Of a stretch of DNA of 64,000 nucleotides, positions 38,635-47,926 are shown piece by piece; the stretch's first letter is position 1, and every line of letters starts with the position of its first letter. The DNA is from Limnobacter sp. (lineage in GTDB: Bacteria > Pseudomonadota > Gammaproteobacteria > Burkholderiales > Burkholderiaceae_B). The translations under genes and the position numbers were made by a program. The notes under the pieces are model-generated. The model was not told the DNA's origin. It was given only the letters and a program-made list of their open reading frames with translations, and ran no database searches. Location: NCBI RefSeq assembly GCF_036405155.1, contig NZ_DASWYD010000010.1, forward strand, positions 53,118-117,117. Reading direction: 5' to 3'.

Positions 38635-39165
38635 ATGAGGCTACCCATGCCCCCCGCATTCCAATATTCAAAGTCCCGTTTTTCATGGCTGTTTGCGCCA
38701 GCCGTCTTGGTGTTGTGCGCACTCCCATTTCGTTCCGCGGAGGCGTTTTTGTTCAAAAAATATGTGTATTGCTCTCCCATGGTTGGAGAAGTCCATTGGG
38801 CTGGAAAACCCCTCCCGGGCCTCATCATCAAGCGCACTTTGAAAAGTGGTGGCTTTAAAGGTGGGCGCTACGACGATGAAACGGTGACAGATTCATCGGG
38901 GCACTTCGAATTGCCTGTTGTTGAAAATCGCCGCTTTGTCACACCCGATTTTTTTTCAGCAAATCCGCAAGTCTCACAAAGCGTAAAAACCTCGCTGGAT
39001 GGTGTGGATTATTACCTTTGGTCTTGGTCCATCAACCAATTTGAATTGGGTGCCGAAGGATTTGGAAAACGGATGTTTTTTGATTGCGACCTATCCATCC
39101 ATGAACTGATTGGCGGGACCCCATTGGTGAAATGCACAGTATCCGGAAGAAAGACCTATGAATGA
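38635..39165 (+). CDS. secreted protein with carboxypeptidase-regulatory-like beta-sandwich (candidate lipase immunity/partner)
   Basis: Signal peptide ...WLFAPAVLVLCALPFRSAEA. GKPLPGLIIKRT...TVTDSSGHFELPVV resembles the CarboxypepD_reg fold. The stop overlaps the lipase start (ATGAATGA). Confidence 0.55.
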   Translation: MRLPMPPAFQYSKSRFSWLFAPAVLVLCALPFRSAEAFLFKKYVYCSPMVGEVHWAGKPLPGLIIKRTLKSGGFKGGRYDDETVTDSSGHFELPVVENRRFVTPDFFSANPQVSQSVKTSLDGVDYYLWSWSINQFELGAEGFGKRMFFDCDLSIHELIGGTPLVKCTVSGRKTYE

Positions 39166-40351
39166 ACTTAACCCAGCCTCGGTTTATGAATTCGCGCGTC
39201 TGGGCTACGAGGCAAAGACATGTGATCAAGCTGAGCTAACGCGGCAGCTTCGTACATTCCCCCATTTGAAACTGGAGGCCAACTCGACAACCATCCTCAC
39301 CGGCGCTGCTGGCTTTAAATCATCCACCCTCAGTGGGTTCGGCTTCTGGGTTGAGCTGGGTGGCGCTCGTCAGGGGGAAGTGGTTCTGGCCACACGGGGC
39401 ACCATGGACAGCTGGGCAGACATCGAAACGGACATGGATTTTCCGTGTGTCTTGGGCCCAACCGGTCATCCAGTCCACCAAGGGTTTCAAAACACCTTTC
39501 AAAGCTACGTGCAGCAAATTGAGCACCTCATTCACCAACGGGGTCCCAACCGCAGACCCAAAGCCATTCACTGCATCGGTCACAGCCTGGGAGGGGCATT
39601 GGCAAACCTGAACGCCGCGGCATTCAATGAACTGGGGCTAACCACCTACCTTTACTCATTGGCGGCACCGCGCGTGGGGCGCTGGACCTATGCAGAGCAT
39701 TTGAGCGGTTCGCTACCGGCAGCTCGGATCAGACGGATTGCAAACCAATCCGACGTTGTCACCATGGTCCCCTGTTTTCCCTACATGCACGCGCCCTATC
39801 AACATGGCCATGTTCTGCTGGACGGCAGTATGTTTAAAATCAGTGCCAACCAACACCGCCTGGGTGTTGGTTACACCAGCATGAAAAACCGAAGCTGGGA
39901 CCAACTTCTGCGTGACACGCAAGGCAAACAGGAATTGTTGAAACAGCGATTGACCGGCGCATTGAGTGCAGGTGACGGCTTTATAGAGGGCCTAAGCCGT
40001 TTCACTGGTGCTATGTTTTCAGGTGAGTTGTTGAATGTACTAAGCAATGCCCTCCACCTGCTCATGAAGAGGGCTGGCGTGGGTGGATTGACATCTGTGC
40101 AGTTTTTCGGCACAGGCGCATTTACCACGCTGGATCAAATTGCTGAAATCCTTTGCAGCTATGCCCGGGGGGCAGCCAAAGCCACTCAACAAGTGAAGCT
40201 TTGGCTGAATGGCGTGATGGCTTTCTTGGGAAGAACCGGACAAGCGGTGGCCGATGCCTCCATCGGCACCATCCGCTATGTATTCAACCTATTGCGCAAC
40301 GCCTTGGAACAATTGGCGAAACAGGCCCTTCAAAAAGCCCAATCACTTTAA
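39158..40351 (+). CDS. class 3 lipase family protein (candidate Tle2/TseL-like effector)
   Basis: Nucleophile elbow IHCIGHSLGGALA and downstream NQSDVVTMVP (Asp). No signal peptide. The helical C-terminal region of about 150 aa is of unknown function. Confidence 0.75.
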   Translation: MNELNPASVYEFARLGYEAKTCDQAELTRQLRTFPHLKLEANSTTILTGAAGFKSSTLSGFGFWVELGGARQGEVVLATRGTMDSWADIETDMDFPCVLGPTGHPVHQGFQNTFQSYVQQIEHLIHQRGPNRRPKAIHCIGHSLGGALANLNAAAFNELGLTTYLYSLAAPRVGRWTYAEHLSGSLPAARIRRIANQSDVVTMVPCFPYMHAPYQHGHVLLDGSMFKISANQHRLGVGYTSMKNRSWDQLLRDTQGKQELLKQRLTGALSAGDGFIEGLSRFTGAMFSGELLNVLSNALHLLMKRAGVGGLTSVQFFGTGAFTTLDQIAEILCSYARGAAKATQQVKLWLNGVMAFLGRTGQAVADASIGTIRYVFNLLRNALEQLAKQALQKAQSL

Positions 40352-40764
40352 TAACCGCCGAGCTTGGCGAACTGAACCACCCAGTACGCCGCAATGCCCC
40401 ACTGAACCACAAAGAATGCAAAACGTGCCTGCACAGCGATGTTGCTGGTTGAAATGAGGTGCACGGTGGACTGCAACACGCGGGCCCCCAACAGGATGCA
40501 CGCCAAGCCGTCGGTCACGCTGGTGTTGCCGGTGGCCAAGGCCAACAGCAGCGGGCCTGCCAGGTATGGAAAGCCTTCGTACATGTTGGCGTGTGCGCGG
40601 CACAAACGCTGGGAAAACGGGCTGACGTCAGCGCCATCTGGGCTATAACTGTTGGCAGGGCGTTTGGTGAAGGTGGTCAGCCCAGCGCGGATCAACCAAA
40701 TCATGCCGAGTAAAACCAAATACCAGGCAATCAAACCATTCAATGCCAAGGCTGTGTTGCTCAT
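40348..40764 (-). CDS. MAPEG-family membrane protein
   Basis: 138-aa product from the ATG at 40764, preceded by AAGGAGA. Four hydrophobic helices and RAHANMYEGFPYF-like motifs. The 3' end overlaps the lipase gene by 4 nt. Confidence 0.55.
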   Translation of the reverse strand: MSNTALALNGLIAWYLVLLGMIWLIRAGLTTFTKRPANSYSPDGADVSPFSQRLCRAHANMYEGFPYLAGPLLLALATGNTSVTDGLACILLGARVLQSTVHLISTSNIAVQARFAFFVVQWGIAAYWVVQFAKLGGY

Positions 40765-40820
40765 GCTGTCTCCTTGTTGTGTGTATTGAGCAAAATTAAC
40801 AGCCTGTAGCATAGCGGTTT

Positions 40821-43800
40821 TCAGGGGTTGCAGGTCAAATCACTGCCTCCGCCATCGCACGATACAGGCCGCATCAATTCTCCGGTGCCTTCTGTGGCCG
40901 GTCGCCCAGGCCCCACTTCCATCACCACCCCGTTGATCACCCGGTTGGTCACGTTCTCGGTGCGCACCACAGACAAGGTTTGTTCTTGCCGTGCCAGCAC
41001 CAAGGCACCCTGTGCAGAAATCAGTGCCGCCGATTCCTGCGGGGACAGCAGCAAGGACCCGTTGTAACTGACCGGAATTCGAGTCAAGTCACGGGCACCA
41101 TCGTAAAAGAATGCATACACGCCCGGGTTGTCCGGACCGGACAAAAACACCACCTGCCCGGGCAACTGGGATGCGCCGTTGTGTGGCAGCACCGTGACGT
41201 AGCCCCCAAGGCCCTTCCGGCTGGTTTCCCCCACCGACACGGCGATGGCTGTTCCCGCCGCATTGGCGTTGCCACCACCTGCGCCAAAAGGGTAAACCTG
41301 GCTGGCGCCCAGGCGGCCACCTTGAACGCTTGGAATGGACAAGGTCAACCCGGGGAAGGATGCCTGCACCCCCGCGGCGGTGTCGTTGTAGGGCAAGCGC
41401 GCACGGATTTGACTACCAGCCGCCGTGCTCAAGCCGGCAGAGGCAATGGCCACCATGTCGGCCTCAACACCAGCCCCATCTACGGACAGGGGTGCTGCGT
41501 TTTGCACACTCGCAAGGCTCAAGCCTTGATCGGGCCGGTAAGAATACGCTTCACCAGGAGATGAACCCGCCAACACCGTCAAACTGCCCGCGATGTCATT
41601 CATTTGATTCAAAAACACCGACCCATTGCCAGGTGTCCTGAAGCCGAGTCGGCTACCGGCCTGTGTTCGAATGGTTCCACCAGTTTGCTCAATCACCGGT
41701 GCTGCAACGTCGATACGGCCCAGGCCCGTGGTGGGCTCTACAGCGTCCTTTCCGGAATACACGTCCAGCGTTGCTGGCAGCTTGAGCGCAACATTCGCCG
41801 ACGACAAGGGTTGTGGAATGCCACGCGCCACAAAATTCAGTTGACCGGCACCCAAGGCCACGTTGCCATTCAAGCGGAGATTGCGCTCCACCTCCACAGT
41901 GCCACCAGCATCCAGCGCAAGCTGCCCCAGCGTCAAATCGCCCTGCGCCTTCAAGTCCAGCCGGTTGGCGGTCACATGCACATCGGACCCAAATTGATTG
42001 TTGTCACCGGTCAAGTCCACAACTCCGCCGACCGCATGGATGGTGGTTTGCCCGTCCACATGAACCTGTCCACCCTGGCTCACCGATTGAGCCTGAATCG
42101 TCAGTGCACCTCGGACCGTACTGTCACCCAATTGAAGCGCAGTGGCTTGCACCTGTGCATCGCCCTGCGTGTTCACCGCCAAAGGTCCATTCCACTGTGT
42201 GGCGTTCACTGTCAGCGAGGGTTGGTTGGATACAGAGGCTTCACCCTGGCCCACCAAAGTCAAGGTGCCATAAATGGCATTTTGTGGGTGATCCAAGTGA
42301 ATGGCCGATGCCTGAATGGTGGCATCCCCCCAGTGCACACCATTGTTTGGACCGGTGTTCTGTTGAACCTGGCTGGCCATCACGTTCACAGCGCCTTGAA
42401 CTTTGCTGTTGGCCAAACTGAGTTGATCCGCTTGCACGGTCAGCGATCCACCCACCTGCCCACCCAACGTCAGGTTTTCGCCCTGCACGTGCAAGTCATT
42501 TTGATCACTGAGCGTCGCCACCGCTTGAACGCCTCGGGTATTGCTCACCAACACCGTCTGTTTGAAATCGTTCTGGGCATTGTTCAGATTCACCTGGTTC
42601 GCGTCCAGCGCGGCAATGTCAACGGTCAGTGCACTTTTTTGCGAAATGGACTCGGCCTTTGCAGTCAACTGACCAATCCCGCCAGTGCTGTCAAACACCA
42701 CGGCCCGTGCATCCAGCACCGCCTGTTGCAGGCCGTCCGAATGCAATGTCAACACACCGTCTGCCTTGGCGTCCAGGTGACTCACCTGTGTGCTGATCAA
42801 CGCCACATCGCCACGGGCATTGAGTGTCAAGTCGTGCGCACTGGCCTCCACGGTTCTGGCTTGCGTTTGCAACGCCAGCATATTTTGGTCTGTGATTTGC
42901 ACACGGTCTGCCGTCACACTGACCACACCGCCAAAATCATTCCGTGCATTGGTCAGTGCCACCGTGTTGGCCACCAGGGTGGTGCCGCCTGCCACCACCA
43001 AGGGTGCTGTTTGCACAATGCTGCCTGCTGTGACGTCCAGTGTTTTAAGGGGCCCAGTGGCCAAGGTGGCCTCGCCTGCAGTGCGCAGTTTGAGCGAATC
43101 GGCTTGACCACGCACGGTCAGGCTGCGCTGCGAATTCAACGCGACATCGGCGCCCTGCACGGTAACCTCACTGCCCAACCGGTTTGCAGCGTGCTGCAAG
43201 TCGATGCGCTGCGCATCAAACTGACTGGAGCCACCCACAACCAATGGGCCCACTTGCCCGATCGATTGGGGGGCGCTGACCCGCAGTGTGGACCCGACCT
43301 GGCTTTGGCCCAGCGTGATTTGATCGTCACCAACCAACTGCGCACTTTCTGCAGTCAGGGTCACGGTGCCCCCCCAATGGTTGTCCGCTCGTGTCAGTTC
43401 AACGGACTGACCCTTGAAATCGGCAGAACCCCGCGACTGTACAACACCAGCCTGTGAAATGTTTCCCGGTGTTTGCACAGACCATGCATCGGCCTGCCCT
43501 CGCAACAACAGGTCGGACTGGGCAGCCAGTGCAACAGTGCCGGCATCCACCACAACGGGTCCGGTCAACTGGTTTTGCGTGTTCGACAAAGCCACCTGCG
43601 CCGCTTGCAAGGTCAAGGGCCCAGCCACTGTGAATGCGCCGTTTTGCGCCAGCCGTTGCGCACCCAGGGTTGTGTCGCCCAGGGTGTTTAAACCGCCGGT
43701 ACCCACGGTCAGGGTGTTGCCGGAATGGGCGTCCAAGGTGTTGGTTGTGCCGCTGACAGAATAGGACGATGTGCTGTCCAGCTTCGCCTGTTGGGTGTTC

Positions 43801-45332
43801 AACTGGACATTGCCCAGCCACTGGTTGCCCAAGTGTTGCAGAGTGACCGAGTGGGCCTGCAGATTGCTGTTTCCGCTGACCCGCAATGCACCCTGTTGGT
43901 CGATGGCTTGGTTGGTCTTCACCGTCAAACTGCCCACCGTGGTGGCATTGAAGTGAACCGAATCGGTGGATTGCACCGTGAGTGAATCCGCCTGAACCCC
44001 CAGCTGCAACGCTTGATTGGCCACCACATCCACCTGGCCAGCATTCACGGTCAAACCACCGCTCACCACCGGGTTGGCCAACTGAACACGCCCCGTGGCC
44101 GCCAGGTTCGCATCGTTGGCGGTCAGGTTAACCTTGCCAGACCATGTGTTGTTGGCATTGGCCAATGCGACTTGGTCGGCCGACACCGTGAGATCGCCGC
44201 CAATCGACAAGGCAGCATTGTTGGACATCGATTGCGAGACGGCCGACTGTGAGACTGTGTTTGCTGCAAACACCACATCGCCATCCACTGTCAAGCCGGT
44301 TGAGGCGATGGTGAGGTGTTGAGCACGGACCTGCACATGATCTGCCGTTCCGCCCAGTTGCACATCGCCTTGGGCTGTTAGTTGCGCACCACCGCCTGCA
44401 AGATTGACCCCCCCCTGAAACTGGTTTTGTGCATGGTCCAAGGTGAGGGCATTGGCTGTAAACGTTGCAGGGCCAGCCACATGGACCGCTTGGGTCTGAC
44501 CGACCAAGTCGGCCTGAACAGACAAGGCCCCATCGACCGTACCGGCCAGCATGATCTGGTCGCCCTGCGCAACCAGCGCTTGCGCTTGCGTCACGCCGGC
44601 CGTGTTGATCACACTGGGATTGCCATGGGCATTGCTGCGGGCCACCAGCATCACGGTGCCATCGGGCGCATTGATTTGCCCCAACTGCTGAATAAAGGCC
44701 TGCTCATGTCCTGCGTCCACCTGAAAGGCGATGAAGTCCCCCTGCAGGTTGGCAGTGACCGCACTGGCTGCCAACAGGCTGACTTGCCCACCGGGGCTGG
44801 TGCGCAAGGTACCCGTGTTCGACACGCTGGGGGCAACAAAGACCAGTTGTTGCCCCTCAATCACACCATCCACTTGAATGCTGCCCGCGTTTTTATCGGC
44901 AGTCAGCGTTAGATTGCCCTGTTTAACAGGCCCCTGCGTGTCCAGCGTAGAGGCCACCAAAGCCCCCACACTGACTTGGGCATTGGGCCCAAACACAATG
45001 CCGTTTGGATTGATCAAAAAAACGCGACCATTGGATTTCAATTGGCCAAAAATGTTGGACGCTGTGCTGCCTGTGACCCGATTGAGCATCACCGCCTGAC
45101 CATCCGGCTGAACAAACTGAACTGTTTCGCCTTCGGGCACCGAAAAGTTTTTCCACAACACCGTCGCCACTGGCGTGTCGGCTTTCTGATTCACCAGCAG
45201 GGTGTTTTTGACCGAGGTGTCCAGCGTGACGCCACCCCCAGGGTTGGCCTGATATTCGGGCAAGGCCAGCGCGGCACCGGAACAGGTCCACAACAGGGCA
45301 GCGGCCAGGGGCTTTCGCTTGAATGCGCGCAC
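40821..45332 (-). CDS. two-partner secretion exoprotein (TpsA, filamentous haemagglutinin-like adhesin; CdrA-like C-terminus)
   Basis: GTG at 45332, 9 nt after GGAG, gives the signal peptide (M)RAFKRKPLAAALLWTCSGAALA. TPS-domain motifs NTLLVNQ and FLINPNGIVFGPNAQV. Many beta-helical repeats of about 100 aa. TAAG at nt 41370-41381. C-terminal CDGGGSDLTC at 40830-40859. Confidence 0.9.
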   Translation of the reverse strand: MRAFKRKPLAAALLWTCSGAALALPEYQANPGGGVTLDTSVKNTLLVNQKADTPVATVLWKNFSVPEGETVQFVQPDGQAVMLNRVTGSTASNIFGQLKSNGRVFLINPNGIVFGPNAQVSVGALVASTLDTQGPVKQGNLTLTADKNAGSIQVDGVIEGQQLVFVAPSVSNTGTLRTSPGGQVSLLAASAVTANLQGDFIAFQVDAGHEQAFIQQLGQINAPDGTVMLVARSNAHGNPSVINTAGVTQAQALVAQGDQIMLAGTVDGALSVQADLVGQTQAVHVAGPATFTANALTLDHAQNQFQGGVNLAGGGAQLTAQGDVQLGGTADHVQVRAQHLTIASTGLTVDGDVVFAANTVSQSAVSQSMSNNAALSIGGDLTVSADQVALANANNTWSGKVNLTANDANLAATGRVQLANPVVSGGLTVNAGQVDVVANQALQLGVQADSLTVQSTDSVHFNATTVGSLTVKTNQAIDQQGALRVSGNSNLQAHSVTLQHLGNQWLGNVQLNTQQAKLDSTSSYSVSGTTNTLDAHSGNTLTVGTGGLNTLGDTTLGAQRLAQNGAFTVAGPLTLQAAQVALSNTQNQLTGPVVVDAGTVALAAQSDLLLRGQADAWSVQTPGNISQAGVVQSRGSADFKGQSVELTRADNHWGGTVTLTAESAQLVGDDQITLGQSQVGSTLRVSAPQSIGQVGPLVVGGSSQFDAQRIDLQHAANRLGSEVTVQGADVALNSQRSLTVRGQADSLKLRTAGEATLATGPLKTLDVTAGSIVQTAPLVVAGGTTLVANTVALTNARNDFGGVVSVTADRVQITDQNMLALQTQARTVEASAHDLTLNARGDVALISTQVSHLDAKADGVLTLHSDGLQQAVLDARAVVFDSTGGIGQLTAKAESISQKSALTVDIAALDANQVNLNNAQNDFKQTVLVSNTRGVQAVATLSDQNDLHVQGENLTLGGQVGGSLTVQADQLSLANSKVQGAVNVMASQVQQNTGPNNGVHWGDATIQASAIHLDHPQNAIYGTLTLVGQGEASVSNQPSLTVNATQWNGPLAVNTQGDAQVQATALQLGDSTVRGALTIQAQSVSQGGQVHVDGQTTIHAVGGVVDLTGDNNQFGSDVHVTANRLDLKAQGDLTLGQLALDAGGTVEVERNLRLNGNVALGAGQLNFVARGIPQPLSSANVALKLPATLDVYSGKDAVEPTTGLGRIDVAAPVIEQTGGTIRTQAGSRLGFRTPGNGSVFLNQMNDIAGSLTVLAGSSPGEAYSYRPDQGLSLASVQNAAPLSVDGAGVEADMVAIASAGLSTAAGSQIRARLPYNDTAAGVQASFPGLTLSIPSVQGGRLGASQVYPFGAGGGNANAAGTAIAVSVGETSRKGLGGYVTVLPHNGASQLPGQVVFLSGPDNPGVYAFFYDGARDLTRIPVSYNGSLLLSPQESAALISAQGALVLARQEQTLSVVRTENVTNRVINGVVMEVGPGRPATEGTGELMRPVSCDGGGSDLTCNP

Positions 45333-45347
45333 GATGAAAATCTCCAA

Positions 45348-47051
45348 TCAGAAGTTGTAGGTGACGGTGGCAAACAGGCGAGGGGTTTGCACCTTTGGGT
45401 CGGACTTGGGCTGCCCCTGAAGTGGCCAAGCCACACTCACATTGAGTGCAAACTGTCGGGTCATGTCCCACGACCAGGAAAAGCCATACCCGGCCAGTTC
45501 ATCCAGATTGTTGAAGCCCGATGGGCGTCCCGATGCATCGTTGCGATGGTGTACACGCCCCTGGTCGTAGAAGGCGTTCAATGACATGTTCCGACCAGCC
45601 TCGCCCAACCAGGCATGATTCAAAATGTGCCGAAGCTCCAGCGTGGCCAACGTACAGGTGTCACCCGCCGCCTCGCCTTGTGCAAAAGCGCGCACAGCGG
45701 TCGATCCACCCAAGGCACATTGGTCGCTGCTGTCCAGGTTGTCGTAGGCGTCCTGGCCGCGAACATGCGCCCACAGCATCCACTGACCGGCAATCAGGGT
45801 CTGCAAACGGGACAGGCTGTATTGACTGCGCAGTGACCGGGGTTCATCGTCCAGACCAAAGGGGCGGCCTGCCGGATAAAAAGTTTTGCTTTGCTCAAGC
45901 GTCCAGTTGAAAAAACTCAAGCCGCCACCGAAGGCGGCATCCCGTGCATCGCCGGAGAGGGCCAACCGAAGACTGTCAATGGTTTTTCGGGTCTCCAAAC
46001 CTGCCAGCGATTGTCGATCGGTCAGGGTGCGATGGTCCTGTCCAGCCAGTGCAAACAGGTTCAGGTTTCGGGATCGAATGAGCGGATACAAACCAAACAC
46101 ACCCACGGTGCTGGCATCCCCATTCAGGCCCAACGGAAAATCATTGTTGTTCAGTTGATAATGAACGGTGGATGCATTGAGCCCCAATTTAAAGCCATCG
46201 GCACCCACCGGCACGGTGTAACCCAACAGTGAAAACTCCAGACCACCGGTGTCCGATTGCAGGTGGCTGAACGACAATGAATCGCCCAACCCCAGAGGGC
46301 TTTCCCAATATCCGGAGAGCGTGGCGCGATTGCTGCCCGCGTAGCGCGAGCCATTGGCATCCAGCGCCAAGCTGCCTGACAACACTTCACCTTGGGAAGG
46401 CATGGCCACCAACACGGCAGTGCCGGGTTGATCGCCTGGTTTCACCGCAAAGCGGACATGGACTCCACGCAGGTCATTGAGCAAGAACACTACGCGCTCT
46501 ACCTCAGACACGCGAATGATTTGACCGGGTTTCAAGGCATTGAGGTGTGCTTCAATCACACTGCGTTTTACACGGAGCTCCTCCGCAGGCCACTGCACTT
46601 CCACCTTTTCCAACACGCCGGGCAGTACCTGTATGCGGACCACGCCATTGCTGACGTTTTGCGCAGGCAGATAGGCATAGGCCAAATACAGTCCAAGGTC
46701 GCGTTGCAAATAGGCAGTGACCACCTGAACCGCATTGGACAAGTCCTCGAAATGACGCCCCTTCCCCGTGTACGCTTGAAGTTGTTGGTGCAGGGCTTCA
46801 CTGTCCGCTGGTGCGTAGCCCACAATCTCAAAACGCTCAACGTCCACCGACACGTCGCTCAATGGTTTGGCCAGCTCCGGCGACACACTGGCCGGCAAAG
46901 CGGCTGAATGGTCAGACTCCGCAGGGCGCCCACGCTGTTCCTGCATGGGCATGGACTCGTTGAGCAGCGACGCTGGCGTGCTGACCTGTGCACCGGCCAA
47001 GGACTGCCATCCAATGCCTGCACACCCCAATAACACCGTCAGTAAACGCAT
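45348..47051 (-). CDS. TpsB outer-membrane transporter (ShlB/FhaC/HecB family)
   Basis: 567 aa with a signal peptide, a POTRA-like N-terminal region, a beta-barrel and terminal ...FATVTYNF. Located directly upstream of the TpsA gene. Confidence 0.9.
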   Translation of the reverse strand: MRLLTVLLGCAGIGWQSLAGAQVSTPASLLNESMPMQEQRGRPAESDHSAALPASVSPELAKPLSDVSVDVERFEIVGYAPADSEALHQQLQAYTGKGRHFEDLSNAVQVVTAYLQRDLGLYLAYAYLPAQNVSNGVVRIQVLPGVLEKVEVQWPAEELRVKRSVIEAHLNALKPGQIIRVSEVERVVFLLNDLRGVHVRFAVKPGDQPGTAVLVAMPSQGEVLSGSLALDANGSRYAGSNRATLSGYWESPLGLGDSLSFSHLQSDTGGLEFSLLGYTVPVGADGFKLGLNASTVHYQLNNNDFPLGLNGDASTVGVFGLYPLIRSRNLNLFALAGQDHRTLTDRQSLAGLETRKTIDSLRLALSGDARDAAFGGGLSFFNWTLEQSKTFYPAGRPFGLDDEPRSLRSQYSLSRLQTLIAGQWMLWAHVRGQDAYDNLDSSDQCALGGSTAVRAFAQGEAAGDTCTLATLELRHILNHAWLGEAGRNMSLNAFYDQGRVHHRNDASGRPSGFNNLDELAGYGFSWSWDMTRQFALNVSVAWPLQGQPKSDPKVQTPRLFATVTYNF

Positions 47052-47158
47052 TGCTCAATTCCCGAAAAACGCAAAAGTTGCATTCAACAACAAGGGTGCC
47101 GAAACAACGAATGGCATCGTTGGATCAGCATCAACCTGCTGAACTAACCCATACCCGC

Positions 47159-47923
47159 CTATGCGGATAGCCGAACCAACAAGGTGGTGAGGTTGTCTGC
47201 ACGCCCGGCTGCGCGCCTGCGCACCACGTCGTGCAAGTGCTTCACGGCGCTTTCAGCGCTGGGGGTGCATGCAACGATGGCAGCCAGTTCCCCGTCGGTC
47301 ACCTGTTCCCATACACCATCCGAGCACAGCGCAAACCAGTCGCCAGGCTGCAAGGGGGCGTTGCACTCATCCACTTGAATCGCCAAGTCGGCGGTGGGTT
47401 GACCCAATGCGCTGTAGAGGGTGTTTCGGCTCACGGTCGACCAGTCACCTGGATGATCTTGTTGCCACTGCAACACACTGTGGTCGCGTGTTTTGAAAAC
47501 CACGCGCCCAGCCTGCCCCCAATACAAGCGCGTGTCGCCCACATGCACCCACGAAGCCATTGGGGCCTGCAGGTCGATCATCAACATACACACGGTGGAA
47601 TGCATGTCCGACAAGGCGGGATTGAGAATCTGCTGGGTCAACACTTGCTGATTGCAATCCCGTACCCAAGCCGTCAAAGCGGTCCGCGCAGGCACCTTGT
47701 GCACATCGGGGCAGTGCGTCAGTGCCATGTCGACCACCAGTCGAGCAGCAGCCTCGCCACCGCGATGTCCGCCTGCACCATCGGCCACCACCCCCACAAA
47801 TTGCCCAGACTGAACATGCCAAACCACGGCATCCTGATTGCTGGGCCGATCGCCTTGCTCACTGAGGGCATAGACATCAAGCTCAAGCTGTGCGCCTTTG
47901 CTCCACTGCACAGTGTGTTCCAC
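47159..47923 (-). CDS. pppA: PP2C-family Ser/Thr phosphatase PppA (T6SS-associated)
   Basis: RPSNQDAV and VVADGAGGHRGGEAAARL are PP2C motifs. GTG start. Adjacent to the fha gene. Confidence 0.85.
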   Translation of the reverse strand: MEHTVQWSKGAQLELDVYALSEQGDRPSNQDAVVWHVQSGQFVGVVADGAGGHRGGEAAARLVVDMALTHCPDVHKVPARTALTAWVRDCNQQVLTQQILNPALSDMHSTVCMLMIDLQAPMASWVHVGDTRLYWGQAGRVVFKTRDHSVLQWQQDHPGDWSTVSRNTLYSALGQPTADLAIQVDECNAPLQPGDWFALCSDGVWEQVTDGELAAIVACTPSAESAVKHLHDVVRRRAAGRADNLTTLLVRLSA

Positions 47924-47926
47924 CGG

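Noticed and set aside
40821-41400. CdiA-type contact-dependent inhibition toxin at the TpsA C-terminus
   Set aside because: I saw no VENN or similar pre-toxin junction. No small immunity ORF lies downstream; the next gene is a convergently oriented MAPEG protein. The C-terminus looks like a retention or processing module instead.
41604-43457. 617-aa ORF on the + strand, and similar long ORFs at 12190-13149, 18305-19669, 22142-23392, 24834-26216, 27813-28664, 32754-33896, 36678-37877 and 47231-48307
   Set aside because: Each is antisense to a gene with clear family motifs (TpsA, transporters, AcuI-like, pstS, pstA/C, U32, cytochromes, pppA/fha). They have His/Gln/Arg/Gly-rich low-complexity translations and no motifs, as expected for shadow ORFs in high-GC DNA.
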